A stretch of 64,000 nt of DNA, taken from NCBI RefSeq assembly GCF_963506605.1, contig NC_083278.1:20708001-20772000 (forward strand), written 5' to 3'. Each line of letters begins with the position of its first letter. The stretch's first letter is position 1. This document shows, one piece after another, positions 53,664-63,815 of the stretch. A program made the translations under genes and the position numbers. The notes beneath the pieces are model-generated. The model ran no database searches. It was given only the letters and a program-made list of their open reading frames with translations, and was not told the origin of the DNA. The stretch is from Zootoca vivipara (Eukaryota).

Positions 53664-53915
53664 TGTTAAGACCTTTAAACCCCCCCCTTAAATAAATTCA
53701 GACAAGACTCAAATTTTGGTTTGGTTTTTGGCAGAATCTAGGCCACAACTTTATTGATTACAGCAAGTGAGTGGTTGCATAGGTTCTGGTTCGACTAGCT
53801 CCCTGCACCTTTGCAGGTAGCGCTGACGTGGCTATCCAATCATACCCACCCACAACACAGGGTTCAGTTGCCAGGTCTCACTGCAACATGTGCCCTCTTT
53901 GAGGGAGGACACGAT
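53664..53915 (-). mobile_element. Truncated LTR-like fragment related to 28439-29198
   Basis: TGTT end, then a C-run and 'aaataaa', then the shared 'ggccacaactttatt...tacaNcaagtgNg' block. Confidence 0.5.
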
Positions 53916-54605
53916 TAACTTGGAATCGAAATGCAAATTTAGTATTTAAAATCTGAAAGAAGCAAAACCAAAGGTTTGGCCTTTTTTTCAATGCAAGCAC
54001 CACAAAAGTAGTGCACTTATTCTATTGCATTTTAGTTCTTTATAGTTTTCATTGTACTACAAAAGTTAACATACCAGGAAATAATCATAACCCATATTTA
54101 ATTCTAGAAAAGAGTAAGGCAGGATACATGGCTAAACCGAAATGCCCCTATTTCGCCACTCTAATTGTGTGTGACAAAATAGCATTTTGGCTATTGTGTG
54201 TGGGGAGTACAGATCTCAAGGGTGGGGACTTGAAATGTAACAGTGCTCATTCTAGTTCCTCAGTGGAATGTCATTTTTGATTCCCCACAGTGCCATTAGA
54301 ATGAAAATAAACCCCTATATTGTTCCCAGAATGACATGTATTTGGGGGGGACATTCCCCTATCCCAAGAAAGCCCCTTGGAATATGGCCAAGTCATGTGA
54401 GTGGTTTTTGTGCTCCCTCAAAATTCATCTCTACTCCATCTTTCATCATGACTCTCTTCCAAAAAAATTGGGACCAAATTTCCCAAGTTCCAATGTTTGT
54501 TCCAGCTCTAATTTATATATAACTAATTACAGTTTGCAACCCACCTGACTCAGTAAGCCTTCACTGCACTTTGGCTGAGTTTATGGGAGCTTCACAGCCA
54601 AGGTA

Positions 54606-54958
54606 AGGTAAAGGTAAAGGGACCCCTGACCATTAGGTCCAGTCATGACCGACTCTGGGGTTGCGCGCTCATCTCGCATTATTGGCCGAGGGAGCCGACA
54701 TATAGCTTCCAGGTCATGTGGCCAGCATGACAAAGCCGCTTCTGGCGAACCAGAGCAGCACATGGAAACGCCGTTTACCTTCCCGCTGTAGTGGTTCCTA
54801 TTTATCTACTTGCATTTTGACGTGCTTTCGAACTGCTAGGTTGGCAGGAGCTGGGACCAAGCAACGGGAGCTCACCCCGTCACAGGGATTCGAACCGCCG
54901 ACCTTCTGATCGGCAAGCCCTAGACTCAGTGGTTTAACCACAGTGCCACCTGGGTCCC
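54606..54958 (-). mobile_element. Full-length Sauria SINE
   Basis: Complete copy. 15-bp TSD ttcacagccaaggta at 54591-54605 and 54960-54974. Confidence 0.95.
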
Positions 54959-55177
54959 TTTCACAGCCAAGGTACCAAGCAGCAAAATGAAAGCAATGGA
55001 ATGATCATACAGCTTCTAAAAAAGAAATGAAAGGTCTGTTTCACTGGCCAAAAAAACACTCACACAAATCTTAGGACTGGAGTCTCTGAATGGCCAAGCA
55101 AGAAAATTAAGGTCTGGGAAGCCAACTGGGGAAATGGTAGTTTCAGGCAGAGAAATCTGTAAACTAAGGTATAGGAA

Positions 55178-55268
55178 AAACAAAAAAACAAAAAAAAATC
55201 CCTTCCAGTAGCACCTTAGAGACCAACTAAGTTTGTCATAGGTATGAGCTTTCCTGTGGATGCACACT
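55178..55268. mobile_element. Penelope-like element terminal fragment
   Basis: 'ccttccagtagcaccttagagaccaactaagtttg...tatgagctttc'. Flanked by the direct repeat ctgtaa(a)ctaaggtataggaa. Confidence 0.7.
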
Positions 55269-57277
55269 ACCTACCTGTAACTAAGGTATAGGAACTAAGG
55301 AAAGGATAGGTGGAGCATATAGTGACTTGAATAGAAGAAGAGGGCAGGCCCAGCACCAATGGTTAACAGAGTCAGGTCCACAGACTAGTAAAAGGGCCCA
55401 CTCTTGATCAGAAATGCTGGGGTTGAATCCCATCTACTGACAACGGACTGAGAAGGGTATCCGAAAGTCACATTGCACATTGCACAATCAGTGGGTATTT
55501 GTTCTTTCGTGAAATGGAAGAGCATGCTAGAGATCTCTCTGGTGAATAAGAAGCTGTGAGGGCAATCTCTCATTTATGGTATGCAAGAGTCGCACTCCAG
55601 TATCTTCATTAGTGCAGGATGCCATTTTGCGTTGGGTGATAAAGGATCCTTGATGATGTAGGAACAGATAGGATGATATCCCATTTCCCAGTGGGACAGG
55701 TGCCAGTACATGTTAGGGAAAGAGAGTGTGACACCTTCATGCTCCTAGAAACTGCTTATCAGTCATCTTTGCAATCAAGCAGTATATAAATAAACAAGAT
55801 TAAATAAAAGAAAGAAAGGGCAAAGTACTGGACATCTCGAACTACTTTAACAAATTTGGTGGCATGTAGGGTTGCAGGTACTGAATTTTTGAATATTTGA
55901 GAATTGGATTTTAAAAGGAAAACAAAAAACAAACAAAAAACTCGTATTTATTTTTCTGCATTTGAAAGTTTCACTGTTTCTCATAATCAAAACTACAGTG
56001 ACTGCCGAAAGACAGATGTTGCAAATCTGTTATATTTTTAAAAAAGTAACATAAGCTTCCGTTCAAACAACTGCAAGAAGGTCCAAGAGGATTTCCTAAA
56101 TTTAAAAATTGCATTTTTCTAGGGAAAAATAAAAAAAAATAGCCTACTGGTTCATGATGGGAATACAGATTCTTAAAATTAGTATTTTGTGTTCCGTTAA
56201 CTTTTTAAAAGGGCTTAAAAGTTCTGCAATTGCAGCTGCCATTACCATTTTCATTTTAATTAGTTGAAAATATTTCAGTTGAATCTGTATGTGGACTAAT
56301 TATGTCTGCTACTTCTTTAAAAGCGTCCCAGGGCTTTTCAGTAACAGCAGATCCATTGAATGTCCTGTCATTCAGGTTACAGCCTCGTTGTTCCCTTAAG
56401 CCATAATACTTTTAATAGCAGAGATATGCATACCTCTGAAACACTATGCAGAAATCTATTAAAGTGAATTATATTCGTTCCGGGGGGGGGGGGAGGGCTA
56501 TGGGAATAAAGAGCACTGAAAATGTAAGTTCGTCAGCAGAAATGAGTGGGAAACATACGATGCTGCCTGGATAAACAGTATAAATATCCTTGTCAAGATT
56601 CATGAATGTGGCACCCAGGGGATCTATTATGCCTGAAGAGACCTTTCATTTAGTCTGGTGACTGTCCAGAGAAAAGTTAAGAATCTGTTCAAGTGGCTCA
56701 AGTAGATACTAAATTCAAATGTTGGCATTCAATACCCTACTTGAGAAGTTAATTCAAACAATGCTTACCTTAAACAATTGTTGTATTATTTCAAATGGTT
56801 TCAGGCAATAGTACCATATCTCTTTCAATCAAGTATCTCAGTCTATTTTCTGAGTTTACTTCTTGGACTTCATAGGCAGCTAATCATATAGAAAAAAGCA
56901 CAAAATGGCTGTATGCATATCCCTAAATCTGCTCTGGAAGTTTGTGGTGCACCGGGGGGGGGGGGACAGAACAATTTCAGGACATGCCCTGGAGGTAGAG
57001 GAGAGGGTGGGAAGTCCTGTTGTATAGTGGAAGTAATTGCATGCTCACAAAGCACTGCCTAGCACTATGTTGAATACAATCTATCATGTTATCCTTTTTT
57101 ACTTGGATCCCTTTGTGCCAAGTTGTGGTGGAAAGAGACGAGTCTGGCCCATCTGATCCTTCTGCTCACCTGTTCCTCCCAGCGTTATGAATGAATGAGA
57201 GAACTGTGTGACTTCCTAGAGCAGACAACGCTCCGCCTTTCCCTGTCTGTGCACAATTCCAAGATGGTCATATGAAA

Positions 57278-57432
57278 GAGTGCATGTGGCGCAGTGTTTC
57301 TGGCTGTTAACCAGAGGGTTGGTGGTTCGAGCACACCCAGGGATGGCTGTGGGCAGCATACCTGCATTGTATGGGGTTGGACTAGATGACTCTTGGAGTC
57401 CCTTCCAACTCTACAAATCTATGGTTCTATGT
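57278..57432 (+). mobile_element. tRNA-head, CR1-tail SINE (Squam2-like)
   Basis: A box gtggcgcagtg, B box ggttcgagc, CR1 3' end 'gggttggactagatgac...cccttccaactct...ttctatg'. Confidence 0.8.
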
Positions 57433-57693
57433 GACAATAATAAATAAAATTAAAACCACTGGGTGGTGAATGGGAACTTTTGGTGTGGGAGCTATGTAAA
57501 CTGCTTAGAAATGCAGAAAATTAAGTGGTATAGAAATCCTAAATAATGGATTTAGACAGGATTCCTCAGAGGGTTATTGGGCTTCTACAAGTTGAAGCAA
57601 AGATCCCAGAGTGCTTTATGCATCAATGATACAGACATCATGAAACAAAAAGATGGGGACCACTCTATGTTAAATGCAATGCTATGTATCTAA

Positions 57694-58401
57694 GCTCAAC
57701 ATGCTATGCATCTGAAGCTCAACATCAAAAAAACTAAGATCATGGCCAGTGGTCCCATCACCTCCTGGCAAATAGAAGGGGAAGAAATGGAGGCAGTGAG
57801 AGATTTTACTTTCTTGGGTTCCATGATCACTGCAGATGGTGACAGCAGTCACGAAATTAAAAGACGCCTGCTTCTTGGGAGAAAAGCAATGACAAACCTA
57901 GACAGCATCTTAAAAAGCAGAGACACCACCTTGCCGACAAAGGTCCGTATAGTTAAAGCTATGGTTTTCCCAGTAGTGATGTATGGAAGTGAGAGCTGGA
58001 CCATAAAGAAGGCTGATCGCCGAAGAATTGATGCTTTTGAATTATGGTGCTGGAGGAGACTCTTGAGAGTCCCATGGACTGCAAGAAGATCAAACCTATC
58101 CATTCTTAAGGAAATCAGCCCTGAGTGCTCACTGGAAGGACAGATCCTGAAGCTGAGGCTCCAATACTTTGGCCACCTCATGAGAAGAGAAGACTCCCAG
58201 GAAAAGACCCTGATGTTGGGAAAGATTGAGGGCAGAAGGAGAAGGGGACAAAAGAAGATGAGATGGTTGGACAGTGTTCTCGAAGCTACGAACATGAGTT
58301 TGACCGAACTGCGGGAGGCAGTGGAAGACAGGAGTGCCTGGCGTGCTCTGGTCCATGGGGTCACGAAGAGTCGGACACGACTAAACGACTAAACAACAAC
58401 A
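57694..58401 (+). mobile_element. 5'-truncated BovB (RTE) LINE with an uninterrupted C-terminal RT frame
   Basis: ORF 57706-58392 (228 aa: LKLNIKKTKIM, FTFLGS, MYGSESWT, FELWCWRRLL, YFGHLMRR). (AAC)n tail. TSD atgtatctaa at 57684-57693 and 58402-58411. Confidence 0.96.
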
Positions 58402-59244
58402 ATGTATCTAAAAATAAACCGCAAAGGGCAGGATGTGAGCAGAGAGGTAGCTTTTTCATCTCTAGTTCAAGGGAAAACCCTAGGATCATGAGGGGTAGTG
58501 GGCCTCCTTGACTACTAACAACGTCTAGGTTGTAATAAAAGAGAATAAAGATTTCCACTGTTCACCACTCCCAGTGCTTTGGGATGTTACTTCTCTAAGC
58601 TTAAGACAGATGTCAGGTCAGGGAGGGGAGAAATTGCTGGGACAGGTCCATTGTAACGTTTAGGTCAAGCTTGTAAATACCCAGCACAAATGCTTCTAGA
58701 TCTGCAGCCATCTGCAATTTGGCATGTTTTCTTTCTCTCATGTATGGCATTTTCATACTATTTGACTGTAAAACATTAATAGAGATTAGTGAATCCTTTT
58801 TTAACCAACCTCCCAAAAAAATTGTAAAGGCTGCCCTTGCAGAAAAAAAAAAATACTGCAGCTATCATTCTGAAATTTGGCAGAATTTGTTACCTCAGGA
58901 GGGTGACCTTGCTTGCAAATTCATCCTATTCGGCACATTTTAAAGAAATCTAAATTTAAGGGCATATATGGCAAAAGCCTCTATACCTATTTGCTTGTAA
59001 TATAGCAGGCTGTGTCCACAATGTTGGGACTAGTAGGCAAATTTCATCCACTTATATATATATAAAAAAAAGTTACAGCCATTTATTATTATTTCCCTAT
59101 AACTAATGAGAGGAGCGAAAACAAAATGGACTCAGGCAATGAGTCAACCTGGGCAGCCCATGACCTACATTGAATCAAGCTGAATGCTGAATCTGGACCT
59201 GAATTCTGTGATCAGTGCGCACTCCTCATACACGTGCAATAAAC

Positions 59245-59378
59245 TAGTGATGGGTGATCCATGGCCCTCCAGCTGTTGTTGGAATTCAGTTCACATTAAC
59301 CTTAGAAAGGTCAATGATCAGTAAGGATGGGAAGGGCAGCCCACCAACTTCTGGAGGGCCACATGTTAACCATCCCAG
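59245..59378. mobile_element. Degraded palindromic hAT MITE
   Basis: 'tggccctccag...ctggagggcca' arms. Confidence 0.7.
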
Positions 59379-60447
59379 AACTAAGCTACAGTATTCTGTT
59401 TGTAGTCTAGTGAGCTGCATTGGTATTCCACCTGTCAAATACATCTAATGACTTGTGCATGAGCTGCTTTATGGCTCAAAATACCATCCTCGGTTAATAA
59501 AATAGAGTGTTCTGAGACAGTTTGTCCTTTTGGATTGCCTCATTAAGTTCTCGGGCTTTTTTTGTCAGATTATTAAGAAATATCTGTCTATTCTCTGCTT
59601 AGACTCTTCTAATTAATTCTGATCTTTACTGCAAAACCAATGACATTGATATGCCAAATCACTGGGCTGCTGTCAAAATGAAATGCCTGTTGTGCAGTGT
59701 GGTGTTAATATCATCTAATGGCTACACATGACTGTGCTCTTACCTGTAATTTTTCTGTGAATGTTTGCCATTTGGGTATCTTTTGGCATCGTTTCAAGGA
59801 GCTTGCATTATGCCGTACTGCTCAAATGCTGAACTGAAATTGAAGAAGTCTAATAGACACTGACGGGATGCCTGCTCTGTGGGTAATGACCTTATTGACT
59901 GAGGAAGAACGCAGAACAGAAGATAGAAAGGCACTCCCCCCTTGGGAATGCTAAGGTTGCTGAAACAGAATAAAGGCTACTTGAGTGTAACTGATATTTA
60001 TGAAGTTAAGTGACTTCTTACCCATGAGTTTCAGTTTAAGATGCTTATTCCCTTTGATCTTGTCTTATAATTCATTCAGCTACTTTTTTCTGTACTCCTT
60101 TTTTCCTAGCTTGAGAACATTTGATATGAATGACAAATTAGGGGAAAAATATGCTGCATAGGTGGGAATTATTCTATGTAAAGGGGGAGTATTGCAAGAA
60201 TCATGGGAGGTTTGTGGAGTTTCTTGTTTTGTTTTTGTTTTTCCTCAAAGGGAAATTAAGGAATCCATGAAAGTACAATTTGACACATACTTGCACTATG
60301 GACAGAGGTGTAAAACAAAAGTCTTTGGGGAAATGTACTGTTGAGTTCATAGTACAGTGGTAACTAGAAATCTTTTTTGATTGGCATATGTTACGTTTGC
60401 AGTTAAATCATGTGCAAAATGTTCTGATGCTTTTGTGATGAGCAAAA

Positions 60448-60462
60448 GCAGCAGATGGCAGC
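60448..60462 (+). promoter_or_regulatory. Candidate CTCF site
   Basis: gCAGCAGATGGCAGC matches the CTCF core CCAGCAGRKGGCRS well. Motif match only. Confidence 0.35.
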
Positions 60463-61055
60463 GAGTTGATTTTCCTGAATTCTAGCTATTTTGTGTCAGT
60501 TATTTATTATATAAATAATTCATATTTGCTAGTTTTCTTTTTTGTTACCGAGGTTAGCGTCACAAAAACAGATATATAGTTGGGGGGGGGCTTGCTTTAA
60601 AGACTACTTTTGTATGTCTCAGCTTTGTTATTGCTGTACTTATTAGGTAGACAGTTAACAAAAATATGGGTAAATGTGATAAAATCATGGAGTGCAGCTG
60701 TCAGTCGGTGTAGACAATACTTAGCTAGATTGACAAATGTCTGATTCAGTATAAGGCAACTTTGGTGCCCCCTCACTTTCTAAACTTTCTGCAGATTACG
60801 CCCCCTTATTTCTGTGAAAATCTCACTACCTTCATGAAAGAATAAAACCAAGGGAGGGTTGCCCAGCAAGCACTCTTCTTATAGTAGTGATCTTCTTTAT
60901 TTAACCTTTTTTTTGTAAGTGGTAGGTTCATTTCCTTCTTTTGTACTTTGTGGCTGAAAAAAAATCACTAACTACACAAATGATTTGGGGTATTGTCAGT
61001 TTCTTTATTTGTCTGTGGATCTGGGATGCCCTGGCTGTCAACTTTGCTTCCCTTC

Positions 61056-61483
61056 TGTCACGGTGGCCGGAGTGGACTACTTCAGAGTAACGACGCCACG
61101 CAGCTCTGCATTTTATTCTTTTATTGGTGCTGCGTATTTACAGTGCTCAAGTCATTGCTATTTACACGGAGTGATGTGGTCAGTCGGTTTCAGAACCTCC
61201 TAATGGCTTTTGGCGCGTCTTTCTCCAACACAAAAGCTTTGGCAGACCCATCCTCTTGCCCCTCCTCTTCCTGCGTAATTCTGGAGTTGGGGGGATGGGT
61301 CTTCCCCCCTTGCTTGCCCCTTCCTGTCCCACCTGGGACCCTGGCTCCTCTACCTTGCCTGAGCCTCGGACACGACTTCCTGCTTCCCCACTGGAATCGG
61401 AACTCTCCCTGCTTTCCCCTTTGCTCGGGGACGGGCTTGAACTCAGGAGGGGAGGGACTTCGCGATATCCCCTGTCCCTCACA
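61056..61483 (-). repeat. 3' LTR (428 bp)
   Basis: Direct repeat of 62053-62480. Tandem AATAAA on the minus strand at about 61111-61125. Confidence 0.95.
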
Positions 61484-61497
61484 TCCACCCCCCTCCC
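61484..61497 (-). other. Polypurine tract of the LTR element
   Basis: Minus strand gggaggggggtgga immediately before the TGTGAG start of the 3' LTR. Confidence 0.85.
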
Positions 61498-61507
61498 AAG
61501 CTCTCCT

Positions 61508-62050
61508 TCACCCCTCCCCAGGCCCCCCCCCATGTGTCGGTGACGACTGGAAGCCTAAGAACTCAGTGCTCTCCGAGCCCGTTGGTGTGAATACCTCCCC
61601 CCAGTCCTGCGAGCCCCCCCCTTCCGCCTGGGCGGACGGGAATCCCAAAAAGTCCGTGGCGTCAGAGCTGGTGGGGGTAAAAACGTTCTGCCAATCTGCT
61701 CCTTCCTCTGACTGGGTGGATCTCGGTGACACCCATACCTCATCCTCTGGTTCCTCAAACTCCGCTTCCCAGCGCCATGGTGAGCTGCTCTCCCGTGCCT
61801 CCTCCTCCTCCCCCTCCCTTTCCATGTGCCAGGGCTTGGGTCTGTGGGGAAAGAGGGCGTGAAATTCTTCCACCAAGAATTCCTCCTGTATCTGAGTGGC
61901 TGGGACCCATTCATTCTGGGACGGTGGAGCATCCTCCCATGCCATGAGGTACTCCAGTCCCCCCACCCCCCACCTTGAATCCAGGATGGCCGTGGCCTCA
62001 TTGAGTTGCTCCCTGCCTTCCCTCTCCCCCCCTCCCTCGGGGGTTTGTTT
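61508..62050 (-). CDS. Integrase C-terminal remnant: chromodomain plus acidic tail with two FxGF repeats (5'-truncated, no upstream ATG)
   Basis: Frame reads KQTPEGGGEREGREQLNEATAILDSRWGVGGLEYLMAWEDAPPSQNEWVPATQIQEEFLVEEFHALFPHRPKP (chromovirus chromodomain pattern ILDSR...YLxxW...W.P...LV.EFH..FP.KP, 61832-61999), then the ORF-track tail to the stop at 61508. Confidence 0.75.
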   Translation of the reverse strand, partial: KQTPEGGGEREGREQLNEATAILDSRWGVGGLEYLMAWEDAPPSQNEWVPATQIQEEFLVEEFHALFPHRPKPWHMEREGEEEEARESSSPWRWEAEFEEPEDEVWVSPRSTQSEEGADWQNVFTPTSSDATDFLGFPSAQAEGGGSQDWGEVFTPTGSESTEFLGFQSSPTHGGGPGEG

Positions 62051-62052
62051 GC

Positions 62053-62480
62053 TGTCACGGTGGCCGGAGTGGACTACTTCAGAGTAACGACGCCACGCAG
62101 CTCTGCATTTTATTCTTTTATTGGTGCTGCGTATTTACAGTGCTCAAGTCATTGCTATTTACACGGAGTGATGTGGTCAGTCGGTTTCAGAACCTCCTAA
62201 TGGCTTTTGGCGCGTCTTTCTCCAACACAAAAGCTTTGGCAGACCCATCCTCTTGCCCCTCCTCTTCCTGCGTAATTCTGGAGTTGGGGGGATGGGTCTT
62301 CCCCCCTTGCTTGCCCCTTCCTGTCCCACCTGGGACCCTGGCTCCTCTACCTTGCCTGAGCCTCGGACACGACTTCCTGCTTCCCCACTGGAATCGGAAC
62401 TCTCCCTGCTTTCCCCTTTGCTCGGGGACGGGCTTGAACTCAGGAGGGGAGGGACTTCGCGATATCCCCTGTCCCTCACA
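62053..62480 (-). repeat. 5' LTR (428 bp)
   Basis: Direct repeat of 61056-61483. Confidence 0.95.
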
Positions 62481-62829
62481 CCTTCATATGGAGGTAAATA
62501 CAAAAATGTATGTTGCATGGTTCCACTTCATTCCTGGAGAAATTGTAATCAGTTTCTAAAATATTTTTGAAGAGCTGGGTCACCAGTTCAGTCAAAGAAA
62601 ATGACTACGTAGCTAACTGAATTTAGAGTGAGGTGCTCACACTCAGCCATCTCAATCCTATCACTGTCAGCAGAGGGTTATTGCTCCACTAACCAAAGCT
62701 GGCTGGAAGCGGCTTGTATTTAATCAGCACACTGCCTAAGATGCACCATGAGAACTCTCTGTTGAGTAAGCTGCTGCTGTTATAGTTGTCACTGTTTTTA
62801 TTGGACTTTCAGTTTCCTTGATCTTTTAT

Positions 62830-63040
62830 AACATGGTTTACAAATTATTTTAACTCTCATAATGTTACATTATCATGTAACAACAATAAATAATAAAACA
62901 ACAAGATTAAAACTGTTGTTCTATAAAGGTAATCTTCCTGAATTAAAATGTTTTTAAAGGACATTTAAAGGTGCAAAGAAAAGGGATTTCCCTAAGGAGG
63001 GAATTTTGCAATCTAGTGCCACTGCAGAAATGACCAAACA
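62830..63040 (-). mobile_element. Degraded L2-type 3' fragment
   Basis: 'aatgtttttaaaggacatttaaagg...gggaattttgca...gccactgcagaaa'. Recognition only. Confidence 0.35.
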
Positions 63041-63670
63041 TTTGGCAGTCACCAAAGTCATCTAATTTAAGGTCAGTTTCTCAGCTGTTGCTTGTTCTCC
63101 GGGTTCTCCACATTCCTTAGCTTATGGGGTTTCAGACCACTTATGGCTTAGTGCCCAGTTTTGTGTCATTATGATGGATGCTGACAGTTGTCATATGTGC
63201 ATACCCTCCCAGGAGAAGTGGCAAAAGGAGGTGGCAGAGAAAGAGGGGGTGGCCTTAGTCAGCAACTCTCTCTTTCCTCCATTTCCCCCAATATGAAGCC
63301 ATCCCAGATAATGTGCCTCAACAACAATGGGACTCTGCATGATGGCTTAAGGATTTTGGGGGCAGTTGAGACTATGTATGAAGCACCCATGTGAGATTCT
63401 GCAGGGATGTGAGAGCTACAGGTGTTCTTGACACACAGCAATCCATCTTCTATTATATATAGTGTGGTCTGCACAAATTTGTTCTCACACTCTTCGATAT
63501 TTTCCTATCTGCAAAACATTTATTTTTATATAAATGTCTTATATGTCTTACTGGAGAATTGTGCATACTCAAAATATGAATTCACAAAGTTATATGTGAT
63601 ACTTAAAACCTGTGTCAAGACTTTCCTCCTAAGGTTTACCTGAAGTATACCTGCAAGTATTCAGGAGAAA

Positions 63671-63815
63671 GCCACTTCCGCCCCTACGCAATGGTAGGTT
63701 CCCGCCTGCGTCACCCCCCGACCAGCCAATGAGGTCGGTCGGGGCGGGGCCACCAACTTTAAGCACTTTGCAGGCGGGAAAAGCTCCCTCTTTCGTCCCT
63801 CTTCGCCGGAGCGAA
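63671..63815 (+). promoter_or_regulatory. Compact CpG-rich promoter-like cassette, probably an LTR U3 fragment
   Basis: ETS-like cttccg (63675-63680), tgcgtca (63707-63713), CCAAT (63726-63730), GC box ggggcggggc (63741-63750), TATA-like tttaag (63758-63763), E2F-like gcgggaaa (63774-63781). Confidence 0.5.

Larger units (their letters stand above)
61056..62480 (-). mobile_element. Miniature, internally deleted Ty3/gypsy chromovirus LTR retrotransposon (TRIM-like)
   Basis: Two 428-bp TG...CA LTRs that look identical by eye. 5-bp TSD ccttc at 61051-61055 and 62481-62485. PPT next to the 3' LTR. 569-bp internal region encoding a chromodomain. Confidence 0.93.

Noticed and set aside
57849-58364. 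Recurrent MTPWTRA... and MDQSTPG... ORFs
   Set aside because: Antisense frames of BovB 3' ends.
60993-61862. Longest ORF in the track (289 aa, plus strand) as a gene
   Set aside because: It is antisense to the chromodomain frame, low-complexity Pro/Ser, and crosses the element boundary. It is a shadow of GC-rich retrotransposon sequence.
61056-62480. DIRS element or simple tandem duplication
   Set aside because: Direct TG...CA repeats, a 5-bp TSD around the whole unit and a PPT fit an integrase-type LTR element.
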